Source of the DNA: an uncultured Gammaproteobacteria bacterium
Lineage (GTDB): Bacteria; Patescibacteriota; Patescibacteriia; Patescibacteriales; UBA12465
Direction: 5' to 3'
DNA length: 63,568 nucleotides
NCBI GenBank assembly: GCA_964648205.1
Contig: CAZYNT010000006.1
Span: 1 to 63,568 of the forward strand
Position numbers and translations under genes: made by a program
Shown: piece after piece, positions 45,331 through 56,217 of the stretch
Layout of the letters: the number at the start of each line of letters is the position of its first letter
Position numbering within the stretch: position 1 is the stretch's first letter
The notes under the pieces: generated by a model
What the model was told of the DNA's origin: nothing
Seen by the model: only the letters and a program-made list of their open reading frames with translations
Database searches by the model: none

Positions 45331-47967
45331 ATGAAACAAGAACTTGATAAAGCCTATAATCCTGGCGAAAATGAGGACAAAATTTATAAAAAATGGGAAG
45401 AATCCGGGTATTTCAACCCGGATAATTTAAATTTGGCAAGCGACGCCCCGAGTTATACGATTGTTCTTCCGCCGCCCAATGTTACAGACAAATTACATAT
45501 CGGCCATGCCTCGACCGTAGCGATTGAAGACTTGCTTATCCGCTATCATCGCCTTCTCGGCGAACGGACGCTTTGGTTGCCCGGGACCGATCATGCGGCG
45601 ATTGCCACCCAAAATGTCGTGGAAAAACGCTTATTAAGAGAATCTGGCAAGACCAGACAAGATTTGGGTCGAGAAAAATTTTTAGAAGAAGTTTGGACCT
45701 TTTTAAAATCTACACAAGCAACCATTTTGCATCAAGTTCGCAAAATGGGAGCCTCTTTGGATTGGTCGCGCCTTGCTTTTACTCTTGATGAAGATCGCCA
45801 ACTGGCTGTTCGGACAATGTTTAAAGAAATGTATGACGAAGGCGTAATTTATCAAGGAGAAAGAATTGTTAATTGGTGCCCGCGCTGCCACTCAACTTTA
45901 GCAGATGATGAAGTTGAATATAAAGAAGAAAAAGCCAAACTATATTGGATCAAATATGGTCCGTTTATTTTGGCGACTTCGCGTCCGGAGACAAAATTAG
46001 GCGACACGGCGGTCGCCGTTCATCCCGATGACCCGCGTTATGCAAAATTAGTGGGGCAAGAAGTAGATATCCCCGGGGTTTTGGGAGTATTTAAAGTTAA
46101 AGTCGTGGCTGATAAGGCAGTTGATATGAATTTTGGTTCCGGCGCTATTAAAGTTACGCCCGCACATAGTTTTATAGATAATGAAATTGCCCAGAGGCAT
46201 AATTTACCGAGCAAAAAGATTATTAATGAAGATGGTTGCCTGATGGAAAATTGCGGTAAATATGCGGGACTAACAACCAAGGCCGCGCGCGAAGCTATCG
46301 TGTCTGATATGGAAAAAATGGGGTTGATGAATCATATTGATGAAGATTATTTGCATAATAGCGCCGTTTGTTATCGTTGCGGCACAGTGATTGAGCCTTT
46401 ACCTTCAAAACAATGGTTTATTGGTGTTGACCGGAAAGTGAAACGCCTGGGAGGCAAGTCCTTAAAAGAGAAGGCACTGGAAGCCGCATTAAAAAAAGAA
46501 GTTGAATTTATTCCGGAACGTTTTAATAAGAGATACATTGATTGGATGACAAATCTCCATGATTGGTGTATATCACGCCAAATTTGGTTTGGGCACCAGA
46601 TTCCTGTTTGGTATAAAGGTAAAGAAATATATGTCGGGCTGGAAGCGCCCAATGGAGATGGTTGGCGGCAGGATTCGGACACTCTCGATACTTGGTTCTC
46701 TTCCGGGATGTGGACCTTCTCTACTCTCGGCTGGCCCACTAACTATAAAGACGGAAAGAAACTTAACGATCTAGCGAAGTTCCACCCCACTCAAGTACTA
46801 GAAACAGGCTATGAAATTCTCACTCTTTGGGTCTCTCGTATGATTATGATGTCGCTTTTTGCTCTTAATGAAGTTCCTTTTAAGCACGTTTATCTTCATG
46901 GCATTATTTTAGACGATAAAGGAAAAAAAATGTCTAAGTCTAAGGGGAACGGCGTTGACCCTCTCGATATGATTAGTAAATATGGGACTGACGCTACTCG
47001 ACTTTCTCTGTTGATGGGTTCAACCCCCGGGAACGATTCGCGATTTAGCGAAGAAAAAGTTGAAGCTAAGAGAAATTTTATTAATAAACTATGGAATATA
47101 TCGCGTTTTATCCTAACGCTAACGGATGAAAAATATTTTGCTGCTCAAGCTGACAAAAAGCCGACAATAAAAACAGTCGCGGATGAATGGATTCTTAGCA
47201 GCCTGTGGTCGACCACGGTTACAGTTAATAATTATTTGATTAATTTTGATTTCTCTTTAGCGGCTGAAGAATTAAATGATTTTACTTATAATAAATTAGC
47301 CGATTGGTATTTAGAAATTGCTAAGGTTGAAAAAGATAAGGAGGAGATATTAATTTATATTCTAAAAAATCTTTTGATTCTCTGGCACCCGTTTATACCC
47401 TTTGTTACAGAAACTATCTGGAGCAGTTTTAATAAATCTATTTTAATGGTTGAAGGGTGGCCGAAAAACATAGCAGCGGAGACAGATTGGACGGGATATT
47501 CACAAGTCGAAGAAGAGTTTAAGGCCATCCAGAAGATAATTATTGCGATTCGCAACGCCCGGAGTGAAAATAAGATTGAACCCGCTAGAAAAATCGAAGC
47601 GGTTATCTGCGGCCACGCCAAAACTAAATTTATCGAAAGTCAGAAAGAAATAATTAAGAGTTTGAAGACCGGGCTGTCTGGCATCATAGTTCAAGAAAGC
47701 GGCGAAAAGATTGATAAAGCAATTATTATTCCGGTTGGAGAGATAGAAATTTATTTACTCGGGGCGATTGATGAGGCCAAAGAAAAAGAGCGCCTAAGCA
47801 AAGAAAGAATAAATTTGGAAAAGTTAATTGCTATTCAGGAGCAGAAATTAAATAATCCCGACTTCATTTCTTTCGCCCCAGAAAAAATAGTTAAGGCCGA
47901 GAAAGAGAAGTTAAATAATTATAAGCTTGAGTTGGCAAAAATAGAAAACATAATTAAAACTTTATGA
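45331..47967 (+). CDS. valS: valine--tRNA ligase
   Basis: HIGH motif (LHIGHA), KMSKSKGN, an editing domain and a C-terminal coiled coil. The TGA stop overlaps the next ATG (ATGA). Confidence 0.97.
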   Translation: MKQELDKAYNPGENEDKIYKKWEESGYFNPDNLNLASDAPSYTIVLPPPNVTDKLHIGHASTVAIEDLLIRYHRLLGERTLWLPGTDHAAIATQNVVEKRLLRESGKTRQDLGREKFLEEVWTFLKSTQATILHQVRKMGASLDWSRLAFTLDEDRQLAVRTMFKEMYDEGVIYQGERIVNWCPRCHSTLADDEVEYKEEKAKLYWIKYGPFILATSRPETKLGDTAVAVHPDDPRYAKLVGQEVDIPGVLGVFKVKVVADKAVDMNFGSGAIKVTPAHSFIDNEIAQRHNLPSKKIINEDGCLMENCGKYAGLTTKAAREAIVSDMEKMGLMNHIDEDYLHNSAVCYRCGTVIEPLPSKQWFIGVDRKVKRLGGKSLKEKALEAALKKEVEFIPERFNKRYIDWMTNLHDWCISRQIWFGHQIPVWYKGKEIYVGLEAPNGDGWRQDSDTLDTWFSSGMWTFSTLGWPTNYKDGKKLNDLAKFHPTQVLETGYEILTLWVSRMIMMSLFALNEVPFKHVYLHGIILDDKGKKMSKSKGNGVDPLDMISKYGTDATRLSLLMGSTPGNDSRFSEEKVEAKRNFINKLWNISRFILTLTDEKYFAAQADKKPTIKTVADEWILSSLWSTTVTVNNYLINFDFSLAAEELNDFTYNKLADWYLEIAKVEKDKEEILIYILKNLLILWHPFIPFVTETIWSSFNKSILMVEGWPKNIAAETDWTGYSQVEEEFKAIQKIIIAIRNARSENKIEPARKIEAVICGHAKTKFIESQKEIIKSLKTGLSGIIVQESGEKIDKAIIIPVGEIEIYLLGAIDEAKEKERLSKERINLEKLIAIQEQKLNNPDFISFAPEKIVKAEKEKLNNYKLELAKIENIIKTL

Positions 47968-48344
47968 CTTTAAAGAATTATTTATTGGTCATGTCCGTTT
48001 TAACCGCCATTTGTTGGGGAATTTTTATTTTTGTAGCCGGACTGATAAATCCGGAGGCAACGAATTGGCTTGGCTACTCCTTGTTTTATTCCTCCCTCTT
48101 TCTTTCCTTGAGCGGGACAACGGCCTTAATGGGCTTTATTTTTCGCTTTGTCGCCCTGAAAAAAGAGTTAGCCTTTAACCTGGTTAAAGTCGCCTTCCGC
48201 CAATCGTTTCTCTTCTCTTTATTTATTGTTTTTCTTTTAATTTTAAAATCGCAGCATTTGTTCAATTGGCTGAATCTGTTTTTGCTTATCATTATCTTCG
48301 CTATTTTAGAATTGTTTTTGATCAGCTATAAAAAAAGTCGTTAA
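47964..48344 (+). CDS. integral membrane protein, 126 aa
   Basis: Four hydrophobic helices. The start codon overlaps the valS stop (ATGA), suggesting translational coupling. Confidence 0.5.
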   Translation: MTLKNYLLVMSVLTAICWGIFIFVAGLINPEATNWLGYSLFYSSLFLSLSGTTALMGFIFRFVALKKELAFNLVKVAFRQSFLFSLFIVFLLILKSQHLFNWLNLFLLIIIFAILELFLISYKKSR

Positions 48345-48353
48345 ACTAAATAT

Positions 48354-49382
48354 ATGAAAAATAAGATAGAAAAAATTAGGGAAGAATTTTTGAGACAGCT
48401 TGCCCAGGCTAAAGATAGCGAATATTTGCGCGGATTGGAATTAAAGTATTTATCGCGCAAAGGAGAATTTAGCGAAGTCATGCATGGTCTTAAGGATGTA
48501 AGTCTGGAATTGCGCAAGGAACTAGGTGAGCTTGCTAATGTAGTTAAAGCCGAAATGCAGACAAGATTTGAAGAAATAAGAAAAACCCTGGAGAGCCGCA
48601 ATAAAAATAATGAATTTATAGATGTTACTTTGCCGGGAGAAAAATTTAAGAATGGTCATCTGCACCCCATTACTTTGGTTCAAAATGAATTGGAAGATTT
48701 GTTTACCTCTCTTGGCTTTATGATTGGCGACGGGCCCGAACTGGAAAGTGATTATTATAATTTTACTGCTTTAAACGTGCCGCCGCTTCACCCGGCGCGC
48801 GATATGCAGGATACTTTTTATATTGATTCAAAGAATAAAGATGAGCAATACGATTTAGTGATGCGCACGCAAACGTCCCCGGTACAAATTCGTTTGATGC
48901 AGAAGTATGGAGCGCCGCTTAAGGCAATTATTCCCGGGCGCTGTTTCCGCAACGAGGCGACTGACTCCCGTCATGAGCACACTTTTTATCAAGTTGAGGG
49001 TATAATGGTTGGTAAAGACATTAATTTTTCTAATCTGAAGAGTTTGCTCGAAATTGTCGGCAAAAAGCTGTTTGGTCCCAATACCGAGTTGCGCATGCGG
49101 CCGAAGTTTTTCCCCTTTGTTGAACCGGGCAATAACGGCGAGTATACCTGCTTCTTATGTCAGGGTAAAGGCTGCCGTGTTTGCAAGCACACCGGCTGGC
49201 TAGAAATTGTCGGCGCCGGCTTAATCCATCCCGATGTTTTGCGAGCGGGCGGTATAGACCCGGAAATTTATTCCGGTTTAGCTTTCGGCTTCGGCTTGAA
49301 TCGCCTGGCCATGCTTAAATATAATATTAACGATGTGCGCCTATTCAATAGCGGCGATCTCAAATTTTTAGAGCAATTTTAA
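48354..49382 (+). CDS. pheS: phenylalanine--tRNA ligase alpha subunit
   Basis: HPARDMQDTFY, FRNEATDSRHEHTFYQVEG and GFGLNRLAML. Confidence 0.97.
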   Translation: MKNKIEKIREEFLRQLAQAKDSEYLRGLELKYLSRKGEFSEVMHGLKDVSLELRKELGELANVVKAEMQTRFEEIRKTLESRNKNNEFIDVTLPGEKFKNGHLHPITLVQNELEDLFTSLGFMIGDGPELESDYYNFTALNVPPLHPARDMQDTFYIDSKNKDEQYDLVMRTQTSPVQIRLMQKYGAPLKAIIPGRCFRNEATDSRHEHTFYQVEGIMVGKDINFSNLKSLLEIVGKKLFGPNTELRMRPKFFPFVEPGNNGEYTCFLCQGKGCRVCKHTGWLEIVGAGLIHPDVLRAGGIDPEIYSGLAFGFGLNRLAMLKYNINDVRLFNSGDLKFLEQF

Positions 49383-49386
49383 TAAT

Positions 49387-51813
49387 ATGTATATATCACT
49401 TAATTGGTTAAAGGATTTTGTTAAAATACCCGCTAAGATGAAGGCGGCCGATATTGCTCAGGAATTGACCAGCCATACGGTTGAAGTTGAAGGCTTTATA
49501 AATCAGGCAGAACAATTTAACAAAGTTGTTATTGGTAAAGTGTTAGAAGTAAAAAAACATCCCAATGCGGACCGCTTGCGGTTAGCGCTGGTCGACATAA
49601 AGAAGGCGAAAATAAATATTGTTTGCGGCGCCCCCAATTTAGCCGCCAATCAGTTGGTGCCCGTCGCCCTTGTCGGAGCGGTTTTGCCCGGTGGCTTGGA
49701 AATAAAAGAATCGGAGATTCGAGGTGAAAAATCAAGCGGCATGATTTGTGCGGAAGATGAGTTGGGAATCGGCAAGAATCATGAAGGAATTATTGTTCTT
49801 AGTGAGAGTGCAAAAATTGGCGAACCTTTCGCCAAGCATTTAAAAGCCAATGATGTTATCTTGGAAGTTGATAATAAATCTTTATCTAATCGCCCCGACC
49901 TGCTTAATCACTACGGGATTGCGCGGGAAGTAGGGGTAATTTTTGATTTTCCAGTGAAATCATATGAAAAGCTGTTAAATAAGAAATTTGATTTTTTGGA
50001 CGCCAAAGAAAATAAGCTGGAAATAAAAATTGAAGATAAGGAGGCCTGCCCGCGGTATATGGCCGTTCAAATAGACGGTCTTGAAGTTAAGGAATCTCCC
50101 CGCTGGTTAAAAGAGCGCTTGATCGCCGTCAACCAAAAGCCGATTAATAATATTGTCGACTTAACGAACTACGTGATGTTAGAATGCGGCCAGCCTTTAC
50201 ACTCTTTTGATGCCAGTCGGATTGATAAAATTGTTGTTAGGCGTTCGCGGAAAGATGACATTTTTGAAACTCTGGACGAGAAAGAAAGAAATTTAAAAGA
50301 AGACTTGGTCATTACGGATGGCAAAAAAGCGATTGCGATTGCTGGAATAATGGGGGGCAAGAATAGTGGCGTAAACCCAGAAACCAAAAGCATTATTTTA
50401 GAGTCAGCCAATTTTAAGGCCGCGGTGGTTCGTAAAACTTCTCAAAGACTAGGGCTGCGCACAGAGGCGTCGACTCGATATGAGAAAGCTCTTGATGAAA
50501 ATCTAACCGAAACGGCTTTATTTAGATTTTTAACATTATTGGAAAAAGTTTGTCCGGAAATGAGAATAGGCAGCGCTTTAATCGATATAAAACAGCTATT
50601 TTTGGAACTTAAACCGATTTCTTTGAATTTAGACTGGCTGACAAAAAAAATCGGGCAGGAGATACCAAAAGATCAGGCCATTAAGATTCTTAAGCAACTC
50701 GGCTTTAAGGTTAGCGGCGAAGAAACAGACAATTTGATGGTGACCGTCCCTTCTTGGCGGGCGACAAAGGATGTTTCCACCAAAGAAGATTTGGCAGAAG
50801 AAATTTTACGTATTTATGGCTATGATAATATTGTTGCCCGGTTGCCGATTGAGATGCTTAGGCTCCCAGAGGTGAATGAAGAAAGGCGGTTAGAGAGGAA
50901 AATAAAAGATATTTTAGCCCTTAAACATAGCTTGAGCGAAGTTTATAATTATTCTTTTGTTGGCGAGGATCAGCTTAAAAAATTAAATATTAACTTTTTC
51001 AATTATTTGAAACTAGCGAACCCCCTGTCTGACATCCAAACGATTTTGCGCCAATCACTTGTGCCCGGATTGATAAATAATATAAAAAGCAACCAATCTA
51101 AGGCCGATTCTTTAGGCTTTTTTGAAATAGGCAGCGTCTTTTTTAACGCTCCGGGAAGAATTAAAAAAGAGGCGACAAGTGATCAAACATTGCCCCACCA
51201 AGAGAAGCGCCTGGGCATAGTTTTGGCCGCTGATAGCAATAATTTGTTTGAAAACCTAAAAGGTACGGTCAATAGTCTTTTGCAAAATTTGATGAGCTAC
51301 AAAGTAGAGGCAGAATTTTTTCCTTCAGAAGAAATTCTTGGCTGGGCCGACAAAAAGATGTTTGCAAAAATCAGGGTTTTCGACAAGGAAATCGGGTTAC
51401 TGGCTGTTGTTAACCAAGAAGCAGTAAAAAATGTAAATTTAAAGAAAAACGTGGCCATAGCGGAAATTAATTTTAATGTTCTCTCTGACTTAGCTTTTAG
51501 CCTGGCAGCGAAGCACTTCCAAGAATTAGACAAATACCCGGCAGTAACTCGCGATTTAGCCTTTGTTCTAAACGAAAAAATATTATATAATGAATTAAAG
51601 AAGACAATAATCGATTTTAACCCTCTAATTAAAACGGTCGAATTTTTCGATGTTTATAAAGGAAACAATCTCGCTGATGACGAAAAAAGCCTGGCCTTCC
51701 ATATTGATTTTCAATCAGGAGAAAGAACTCTGACCGCTGAAGAAGTTGATCTTATAGTCAAAGACTTAATTAGGCGCTTGGCTGACAAATTTGAGGCTAA
51801 GCTAAGAAATTAA
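49387..51813 (+). CDS. pheT: phenylalanine--tRNA ligase beta subunit
   Basis: 808 aa. N-terminal tRNA-binding domain (HPNADRLRL), B3/4 and B5 domains and a FDX-ACB C-terminus. Confidence 0.97.
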   Translation: MYISLNWLKDFVKIPAKMKAADIAQELTSHTVEVEGFINQAEQFNKVVIGKVLEVKKHPNADRLRLALVDIKKAKINIVCGAPNLAANQLVPVALVGAVLPGGLEIKESEIRGEKSSGMICAEDELGIGKNHEGIIVLSESAKIGEPFAKHLKANDVILEVDNKSLSNRPDLLNHYGIAREVGVIFDFPVKSYEKLLNKKFDFLDAKENKLEIKIEDKEACPRYMAVQIDGLEVKESPRWLKERLIAVNQKPINNIVDLTNYVMLECGQPLHSFDASRIDKIVVRRSRKDDIFETLDEKERNLKEDLVITDGKKAIAIAGIMGGKNSGVNPETKSIILESANFKAAVVRKTSQRLGLRTEASTRYEKALDENLTETALFRFLTLLEKVCPEMRIGSALIDIKQLFLELKPISLNLDWLTKKIGQEIPKDQAIKILKQLGFKVSGEETDNLMVTVPSWRATKDVSTKEDLAEEILRIYGYDNIVARLPIEMLRLPEVNEERRLERKIKDILALKHSLSEVYNYSFVGEDQLKKLNINFFNYLKLANPLSDIQTILRQSLVPGLINNIKSNQSKADSLGFFEIGSVFFNAPGRIKKEATSDQTLPHQEKRLGIVLAADSNNLFENLKGTVNSLLQNLMSYKVEAEFFPSEEILGWADKKMFAKIRVFDKEIGLLAVVNQEAVKNVNLKKNVAIAEINFNVLSDLAFSLAAKHFQELDKYPAVTRDLAFVLNEKILYNELKKTIIDFNPLIKTVEFFDVYKGNNLADDEKSLAFHIDFQSGERTLTAEEVDLIVKDLIRRLADKFEAKLRN

Positions 51814-51837
51814 TTATTTATATTAATAAACAACAAT

Positions 51838-52143
51838 ATGTTTTCTACTTCTATCGATATTCTAAATTTAGTTCTAGCTCTATGTGTTTTTGTTTTGACT
51901 TTTTTTCTTTGTTGGGCAATTTATTATTTTATTGCTAGCATCCAAAGGGTTAACAGAATCACCAAGAAGATTGAAGGAGGAGTGACTAAAGCGGAAGAGG
52001 TCATAAACATTGCCAAGAGCAAGCTTAAAAATAGTTCAGCTTATTTTATGATTCTTGGGGAGATTGCTAAAAAGGCGATGGAATTTGTCCAAGAGAAAAG
52101 AAATGAAAGCAAGGAGAAAGACAAAAAAACTAAAAAGAAATAA
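51838..52143 (+). CDS. small membrane-anchored protein, 101 aa
   Basis: One N-terminal TM helix and a Lys-rich tail, followed by a terminator. Confidence 0.4.
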   Translation: MFSTSIDILNLVLALCVFVLTFFLCWAIYYFIASIQRVNRITKKIEGGVTKAEEVINIAKSKLKNSSAYFMILGEIAKKAMEFVQEKRNESKEKDKKTKKK

Positions 52144-52167
52144 GTAGGAAATAAATAGCCATTATTC

Positions 52168-52196
52168 AAAAAATCCGGCAGCTAACCGGATTTTTT
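52168..52196. terminator. bidirectional terminator (includes the topA stop codon)
   Basis: AAAAAATCCGG-CAGCTAA-CCGGATTTTTT. Confidence 0.7.
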
Positions 52197-54446
52197 GTTA
52201 GATTTTTTTTCTTTTTCCGTATAACCACATTCCCGATTGCTGCATTTTATTTTTTCTGTTCGAGTATCTTTCAGTAGCAGTCCGCTACAATCAGGGCACT
52301 CTTTTCCGGTCGGTTCTCCCCAATAGGCATTTTTGCATTTAGGATAGTTGTTGCAAGCCCAAAAAGCGCCGCGTCGGCTGAATTTTTTGACAATTTTGCC
52401 TTCATGACAAACCGGGCACTCGACTTCTCGGCCGCTTGCGCTGGCGTCAACAATATTTTTTATATTTTTGCACTTCGGATAAGCGCTGCATGCTAAGAAT
52501 GGGCCGAACTTGCCGACACGTACTTTCATGGCTGAGCCGCATTTGTCGCAAATTTCACCTTCGTATTTCTTTTGGAGTTCAAGCGTCTTAGCATCCGGCT
52601 CTTTTTTCTCAAACGCCCCGCCCTCCCCGGTGTATTTTTTGATATTTTTACAATCAGGGTAAGCGCTGCACGCCAAAAATTTACCGTAACGTCCGGTTTT
52701 GATAATCATGGGCGCGCCGCATTTGTCGCAAACTTCAGTTGATTTTTCTTCAGGCATAATATCGCTTTTTTTAATTTCCTCTTCTTTTTGTTTTAGATTG
52801 GCATGGAAACCGATGTAGAAATCACTTATAACCGGCTGCCATTTTTCTTTCCCAGCGGCGATAGCATCAAGATTATCTTCCATTTTAGCGGTAAAAGCAT
52901 AATCGGCTATTTGAGGGAAATGCTTTATCAGCAAATCAACCACCACAAAAGCAATGCTGGTTGGTTTTAATTTTTTATTGTCGTCTCTTTCCACGTAATT
53001 GCGGGTTATAATCGTGTTGATTGTCGGAGCGTAGGTTGAAGGACGGCCGATTCCATGTTTTTCCAGCTCTTTTACTAAGCTGGCGTCAGAATAACGCGCC
53101 GGCGGATTAGTCGTATGTTCCTCGGCGTGTAATTCTAATAAAGTTAACTTATCTTTTTCCAGCAGTGCCGGCAATTCTTGTTCTTTGGTTTTTTCCGGCC
53201 AAATTTTTAAATATCCGGGGAAAACAAGCATTTGCCCGTTCGCTCGAAAAATAAAAGAATCTTTTTTATCTTTAGCCTTAACATCGATAACGGTGGCAGC
53301 TAACTTGGCCGGGGTCATTTGGCTTGAAACGGCTCTTTGCCAGATTAAACGATAAAGACGTTCTTGGTTTTTGTCTAATTTGCCAAGTAACATTTCTGGA
53401 GTATTATTTGCTTCGGTCGGTCGAACGGCCTCATGAGCCTCTTGGGCATTTTTACTTTTGCTTTTAAATACCCTGCCCCCGGCGGCCGCGTATTCTGCTC
53501 CCAAATTATTTTGCAGCCAGTCTTGGGCATCGTTTAGAAATTTAGGGGAAAGATTCAGCGAATCGGTGCGCATATAAGTAATGTGACCGAGTTCGTATAA
53601 TTTTTGTGCGACCATCATTGTTTGTTTGGCGGAAAAGCCTAATTGGCGATTGGCCGTTTGCTGCAGAGTTGAAGTAGTAAAGGGCGCGGCCGGATTTTTA
53701 CTAATTTGTTTTTTTTCTATTTTTTCGACCGTATATTCCGCGCCTTGGAGAATTCCTTTCAGTTCCTCGACCCTTTCTTTCTTCAAAGTTAGTTTGTTGA
53801 AGGTTTTATTTTTGATTTTATAGAGATCGGCAATAAAATTATTATTCTTTTTATCTTTAGTCAAATCAGCCGATAAGCTCCAATATTCTTCGGTTTTAAA
53901 ATCTAGAATTTCCTTTTCCCGTTCGACTATCAGGCGCGTCGCTACGCTTTGGACGCGGCCGGCTGATAATCCTTTAGCCACCTTTTTCCAAAGAAATGGT
54001 GATAGCTCGTAGCCGACTAGGCGGTCTAGAATACGGCGCGCTTGTTGGGCATCTACCATGTCCTGGTCGATTTTTCGAGGACTCTTTAAAGCCTCTAAAA
54101 TAGCATTTTTGGTGATTTCATGGAATACAATTCTTTTAGTTTTTTTAATATCAAGATTAAGAGCTTCGACCAAATGCCAAGCGATAGCCTCTCCTTCGCG
54201 GTCTTCATCTGAAGCCAGAATAACTTCAGTCGATTTTTTAGCGGCTGATTTTAAAGTAGAAACCGTCTTTTTTGCCTTTGTTGGGATAATATATTCTGGC
54301 GTGAAATCATTTTTTATATCTATCCCCATCTTGCTTGCCGGCAGATCGCGAATATGGCCGAATGAAGATTCGACCTGGTAATTCTTGTCTAAAAATTTAC
54401 TGATAGTTTTTGCCTTAGTTGGAGATTCGACAATAATTAAATTCAT
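52182..54446 (-). CDS. topA: DNA topoisomerase I
   Basis: TOPRIM (MNLIIVESPTKAKTI), the active-site region ITYMRTDS and four C-terminal C4 zinc ribbons. Confidence 0.97.
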   Translation of the reverse strand: MNLIIVESPTKAKTISKFLDKNYQVESSFGHIRDLPASKMGIDIKNDFTPEYIIPTKAKKTVSTLKSAAKKSTEVILASDEDREGEAIAWHLVEALNLDIKKTKRIVFHEITKNAILEALKSPRKIDQDMVDAQQARRILDRLVGYELSPFLWKKVAKGLSAGRVQSVATRLIVEREKEILDFKTEEYWSLSADLTKDKKNNNFIADLYKIKNKTFNKLTLKKERVEELKGILQGAEYTVEKIEKKQISKNPAAPFTTSTLQQTANRQLGFSAKQTMMVAQKLYELGHITYMRTDSLNLSPKFLNDAQDWLQNNLGAEYAAAGGRVFKSKSKNAQEAHEAVRPTEANNTPEMLLGKLDKNQERLYRLIWQRAVSSQMTPAKLAATVIDVKAKDKKDSFIFRANGQMLVFPGYLKIWPEKTKEQELPALLEKDKLTLLELHAEEHTTNPPARYSDASLVKELEKHGIGRPSTYAPTINTIITRNYVERDDNKKLKPTSIAFVVVDLLIKHFPQIADYAFTAKMEDNLDAIAAGKEKWQPVISDFYIGFHANLKQKEEEIKKSDIMPEEKSTEVCDKCGAPMIIKTGRYGKFLACSAYPDCKNIKKYTGEGGAFEKKEPDAKTLELQKKYEGEICDKCGSAMKVRVGKFGPFLACSAYPKCKNIKNIVDASASGREVECPVCHEGKIVKKFSRRGAFWACNNYPKCKNAYWGEPTGKECPDCSGLLLKDTRTEKIKCSNRECGYTEKEKKSNKKSG

Positions 54447-54458
54447 ATTTAAAATAAT

Positions 54459-55601
54459 TTAATTAACAGCATAGCCGATTCCGTCGCTTTTAGCAACCCC
54501 CCGGAGTTCTAATATACTTAGTGTACTATTTATGATTGCGGTGTCAAGTTTTGTAATTTTTATAATTTCATCGGCCGTTATTCTGTCTGCTCGCTCCCGC
54601 GCTTGGCACAGAACCTTATAAACGATTCTTTCGGTTTCATTCTGGAGGTCGGGCTTTGGTAAAATATTTTTGCTGTTTTTATAGTTTTGGCCGGCCGTCT
54701 TGTCAACTTCTAAATTGAAAACTTCTAAAATATCTTCCGGTGAAACAATTGATTTTGCCCCCATTTGAATTAGCTTGTTTGCGCCGGCAGAAAACTCTGA
54801 AAAAATATTTCCCGGGATTGATAGCACTTCCCTGTTTTGTTCTAAAGCATAGCGAGCGGTAATTAATGCCCCCGATTTTTCTCTTGCTTCTATAACCAAA
54901 GTAGCTTGAGAAATTCCGGAAATAATACGATTGCGTTGCGGAAAATTTTGTTTTAAAGCCGGAGTTTTTGGTGGGAATTCCGAAATTAATAATCCGCCGC
55001 TGGCAACAATTTCTCGAGAGAGCCGGCAGTTAATTCGCGGATAAATACTTATTTTATCTAAACCGGAACCAAGGATTGCGATTGTCCGGCCGCCCAGGTT
55101 AATGGTTGTCCGATGCGCCAAAGAGTCAACGCCTAGAGCTAGGCCGCTGACAATTTCTAAATTCCTGGCTAATAAAGTTGGCAAAAAACAATTCAAGACC
55201 TTTTCTGCATAGGCGCTGTGTTTTCTCGGCCCGACGACAGCCAAGCGGTTTTTCCCCTCCCCCGCCAACGCCTCCAAGTTTCCTTGATAGTATAAGACAT
55301 AGGGTGCGGCGTATATTTCTTTAAGAAGAGCCGGATAATCGGGATCGTGCCAAGTAACAAAATTAATCCGCTCTTGTTCCAGTTCTTTTTCAATTGTTGA
55401 AAAATTAATTTTTTTGCGCCACTCAATAAATTCCCGAGACAATTTTTGGCCTATTCCAGCTCTCTCTAAATTATTAGCACTTGCCCAGAAAGCATCATAA
55501 AAGCTTGGAAAGAATTTTTCTAGTAAAAAGAGCTTAATCGATCCTATTTTTTTAAAGTAACTAAAGCCAAGAAGAGCTTGCCGGTCGTTTTTATCTTTCA
55601 T
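54459..55601 (-). CDS. dprA: DNA-processing protein DprA
   Basis: Rossmann-like core VSGLALGVDSLAH, SGALITA and a C-terminal winged helix. Confidence 0.9.
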   Translation of the reverse strand: MKDKNDRQALLGFSYFKKIGSIKLFLLEKFFPSFYDAFWASANNLERAGIGQKLSREFIEWRKKINFSTIEKELEQERINFVTWHDPDYPALLKEIYAAPYVLYYQGNLEALAGEGKNRLAVVGPRKHSAYAEKVLNCFLPTLLARNLEIVSGLALGVDSLAHRTTINLGGRTIAILGSGLDKISIYPRINCRLSREIVASGGLLISEFPPKTPALKQNFPQRNRIISGISQATLVIEAREKSGALITARYALEQNREVLSIPGNIFSEFSAGANKLIQMGAKSIVSPEDILEVFNLEVDKTAGQNYKNSKNILPKPDLQNETERIVYKVLCQARERADRITADEIIKITKLDTAIINSTLSILELRGVAKSDGIGYAVN

Positions 55602-55612
55602 AATTTTAAAAT

Positions 55613-55643
55613 AAAATCCTCCTGAGATTTTGAGGAGGATTTT
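55613..55643. terminator. terminator-like hairpin after pth
   Basis: AAAATCCTCC-(11 nt)-GGAGGATTTT. Confidence 0.55.
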
Positions 55644-55647
55644 ATGT

Positions 55648-56199
55648 TTATTTGATTAAATTATTGATGTTTATTTTGGTAAATATCTCTTTGAGCCGCT
55701 CTTTTTCAGCTTGGCTGAAAGGCTGAGTAACAAATTTTTCCGGTGGAATATGGACGCGGAGCAGATCATTTTTAATTCCCAGCCTAAGGCGGGTAAATTT
55801 TTTGGTTTTTAGGCAGTCAATTATTGATTGAACGCCGCGATGTCCGGCGCTTGTTGAATCGGTGGCAAGCTTAAAATTTCCAAAATCTAAATCAAGTTCG
55901 TCATGGATAACAAAAAGGGTATTTGTTAAATCAGAGTCCCTTTTATTGATAATGCCGAAATTTTTTGGCAGCAATTTATAATAATTTAATATCTTTTGGA
56001 TAGCCTGCCCCGAATTATTCATAAAGGTGAGTGGCTTTACATATAAAATCTCGCCATCTTCATAAATAGAGGCGTTGAATTTTTTACTTTCCAACCACTT
56101 TACTTCGCCGAGCAGGCCGTCAAGAGCTAGCCAGCCGATATTGTGGCGCGTGTGTTCATATTGTTTCCCGGGGTTGCCCAGGCCGACCACTATCTTCAT
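55648..56199 (-). CDS. pth: peptidyl-tRNA hydrolase
   Basis: MKIVVGLGNPGKQYEHTRHNIGW... Confidence 0.95.
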   Translation of the reverse strand: MKIVVGLGNPGKQYEHTRHNIGWLALDGLLGEVKWLESKKFNASIYEDGEILYVKPLTFMNNSGQAIQKILNYYKLLPKNFGIINKRDSDLTNTLFVIHDELDLDFGNFKLATDSTSAGHRGVQSIIDCLKTKKFTRLRLGIKNDLLRVHIPPEKFVTQPFSQAEKERLKEIFTKININNLIK

Positions 56200-56217
56200 A
56201 ATTTGCTCAATAATAAT